Assembly: GCA_028534125.1 (NCBI GenBank)
Contig: CM052817.1
Coordinates: 72,852,001-72,916,000, forward strand
Direction of reading: 5' to 3'
Length of the DNA: 64,000 bases
Source: Lama glama
Taxonomy: Eukaryota
The notes beneath the pieces are model-generated. The model was not told where the DNA came from. It saw nothing but the letters and a program-made list of their open reading frames with translations, and did not search any database. This document shows positions 61,691 through 64,000 of this stretch, piece after piece. A program made the translations under genes and the position numbers. Within the stretch, counting starts at the first letter, position 1; every line of letters starts with the position of its first letter.

Positions 61691-61984
61691 CCTTGCACAC
61701 CATTGGAACACTGCATCCTCTAATTACCTACTGACTCCCTAAAGAGAACTCTGGTCCCTCGTGTAAGAAACATCCTGCCTTGGAGCCAAGCCCAAGTTCC
61801 TGTGACTTGGTCAAGCTGAGCTAATAGGATACACCTGTCAAAAGACAGAATCAGATATTTGTGTCAGCACTTTCTACTGGTTCCCTTCCTGCCTTTTGAC
61901 AATTCCATTTCAATTCTTTTCAATAGCTTTACTAGCCATGCCTACTCTCTACACATTAGCATTTCCTCAGGTTAAAATGCCACA

Positions 61985-62125
61985 TAGTAATCCCAATTTA
62001 TACGGTTAAATAAAAACTAAATCCACAGAAACTGAGTGATCTGCCCATATCCAAAGTAACAAAACCAGGCTTGGTGTTCAATTTTGTAAAGCCCAAGAGA
62101 GTATTTGGTTTACTTTCTACAGCAT
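61985..62125 (-). mobile_element. Degenerate MIR
   Basis: atcccaatttatac...aaaactaaatccacagaaactgagtgatctgccca. Confidence 0.5.
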
Positions 62126-62139
62126 ATAGAACAGTCTTG

Positions 62140-62635
62140 TAGCAGCCTTCATTGGACAAACTTCATAGAGCACTCTATATTTGATTCTGGAGGTGACATT
62201 TTAAACACATCAATATATAAATCATTCTAAGAGAGAAGGATCCAAAAGACATTATTAAGTGAGGAAAGTACAGGGCCAAAGACGTTTTCTCTTGAGAAGA
62301 AAATCCTTAGGAGAGGGCAGGACAGTTGTCTCAAATATCTAAACATCTGGGTTGTGTAAAGGAAACCAGATTCACCTCATGTTCCTCAAGGGGAACATTA
62401 GGAACAATGAAAAAAAGATACAATTAAGTCAGTATGGGTTAAATGCATAAAAGAGAAATTTCCAATAATTAAAATTGTTCCAAAATGTTGTTACCATATG
62501 TGGTGGAAAGTACCTATCAGTAAAAAATTTCAAGCAGAAGTTATATGCCAATCTATCAGAGATGTTGGAGACACACACCTGATTTGGATTCATCAAATGT
62601 CTCTTAAGATTCCAGATCCTTTTTAAATTCTAGAA
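62140..62635 (+). mobile_element. L3/CR1 3' fragment
   Basis: ttttctcttgagaagaaaatccttagg...gacagttgtctcaaatatctaaa...ttcaagcagaagtta...cagagatgttg. Confidence 0.65.
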
Positions 62636-62672
62636 TGTGTTTCAAGAGAAATGCAATCAGTAAAATTTTAAT

Positions 62673-62854
62673 TGGTGCTTCTCAAACTTCAGTGTGCACA
62701 AGAATTGCCTGGAGAGCTAGTTTAAAATCATACGCACAGGGCCCCACGTCCCAGAGATTCTGATTCAAGGTGGGGCTCAAGAATTTGTTTTTCTAATAAG
62801 TCCCCAAATGATGCTGATTCTGCAGGCACAGGGGCCATGCTTTGAAAAGCACTG
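62673..62854. mobile_element. MER5A hAT-Charlie MITE
   Basis: gtgcttctcaaacttcagtgtgcacaagaattgcctggagagc...ccagagattctgattca...tgatgctgat...tttgaaaagcactg. Confidence 0.85.
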
Positions 62855-64000
62855 CAAGTCATAATTATTTATTAGATATTTGTGAAGAGATGAAGGAAAA
62901 TTAAAAGGCTTTGGCAAGCAAAAAGGGAAATGAAAAATAATGTGTACTTGGCATTCATACATGAAATAAAACAGTGTAATGACTACTTCAAAGGAAAGGA
63001 TCTTTCCAAAACATAGACCACATCTACCTAACAGTATAAAAACATTTGGAGAGGAAATTAATTGGTACATATGGCTGTTGGTGTCCATTTCTAACCATAC
63101 TAAACAGTCCATCAAAGCCTTTCTTTTAAACATTTAGTTAAGTAGTTCCAATGAGATGATGTCATTTAAAAAACTTCTATGGGGGAGGCGTGCGGAGGTT
63201 ACCCACTCAAGCCCAGGTATCTGATTATCTCTAACACCTTCTTTAGCAATTTCACCGAGACCAGCAATAAAACCTGGGGAGCTTGTCAGTTAGAGTAAAG
63301 AACAGGTGTTTGGGAAAATAGTACAATTCAGTCTGTAGATGTTTTTACCCTTGAAACAGAGATCTGAGGCAACCGTCTTAAAAATACAAGCTCCCTAATG
63401 GCAAATACAAAGGAAATCCTTATCAATACATCCTACAAAATTCAGCTTAAATTCCTCTCTCAGTAAATCTTTCCTGATCCCATCAACAGACTGTGAGCTA
63501 CAAATCCCAGATCTCACATTCAGATCTACTTACTATATTCTGACTTACAAACAGAATATGCTGCAATAGTGCAGACCCAATCACACAGTGGGTTAAACAG
63601 AAGACACATAAAATAAAGAATGATTAAATTCTGATAAACAAATGTATAGGAGCAAGTATAAGGCAACTTCGTAGTACTCTAATGCTGAGGAAGAGTAGCC
63701 AAGGAAAAACAAAGTTGGAAGGGGTTCTCCTCCCAGAGGTTCAGACCTCATTAAAGAAGTTACAGTTCAGCCCACTGGATAACAAAAAAAGTTCACTGGT
63801 TTACTCTAGCCAGTACTGATTGGGGTCACTGGGAGAGCAGGAGGCTTCCTTCCAGAATGTGGCCTGAGGGTAGTTAATCAGCAACCAGAGAAGTGGGTGT
63901 GTGCAAGGGATGGGAGCCCTGGAGCAGGCAAACCACAAGGGCTGGAAGAGGAAGTAATGGCTCAGTGAAACCTTCTAGGCTCCCAGTAATCTACATGTGG

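Noticed and set aside
849..63133. Six-frame ORFs of 60-160 aa as host genes
   Set aside because: They are short, low-complexity or lie within L1, L2, LTR or ERV remnants. I recognised no host protein similarity or consistent exon chain.
63670..64000. GC-richer stretch at the window end, possibly an old LTR
   Set aside because: I could not match it to a family or define termini, and it is cut by the window edge.

Overview
AT-rich, CpG-depleted eutherian genomic DNA, most likely from a camelid: it has two tRNA-Ala-derived vic-1-type SINEs, and I saw no Alu, B1 or Bov-tA/BovB elements. I found no credible host protein-coding exon, tRNA gene or rRNA gene, so the window looks intergenic or deep intronic. 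A large fraction is decayed transposable elements: L1 of several ages, L2, L3/CR1, MIR, MaLR/ERVL LTRs, and Tigger and hAT MITEs. The most informative object is a 3'-truncated class I endogenous retrovirus on the minus strand (56846-61690) with a 5' LTR, a tRNA-Ile-like PBS, a leader holding a diverged ~55-bp tandem array, gag with a CCHC knuckle, pro, and RT/RNase H. Its RT motifs look epsilon-like (HEPSI/MER34-group), and the YxDD catalytic segment is deleted in frame. Other points of interest are two near-consensus CTCF sites, a compact AP-1/NF-kB/IRF-like module overlapping an exon-shaped non-coding segment, a diverged ~170-bp direct duplication flanking a MIR, and a SINE whose apparent TSD is displaced by 37 nt. 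Repeat family names are recalled from consensus sequences, not from a database search, and boundaries of old repeats are approximate.
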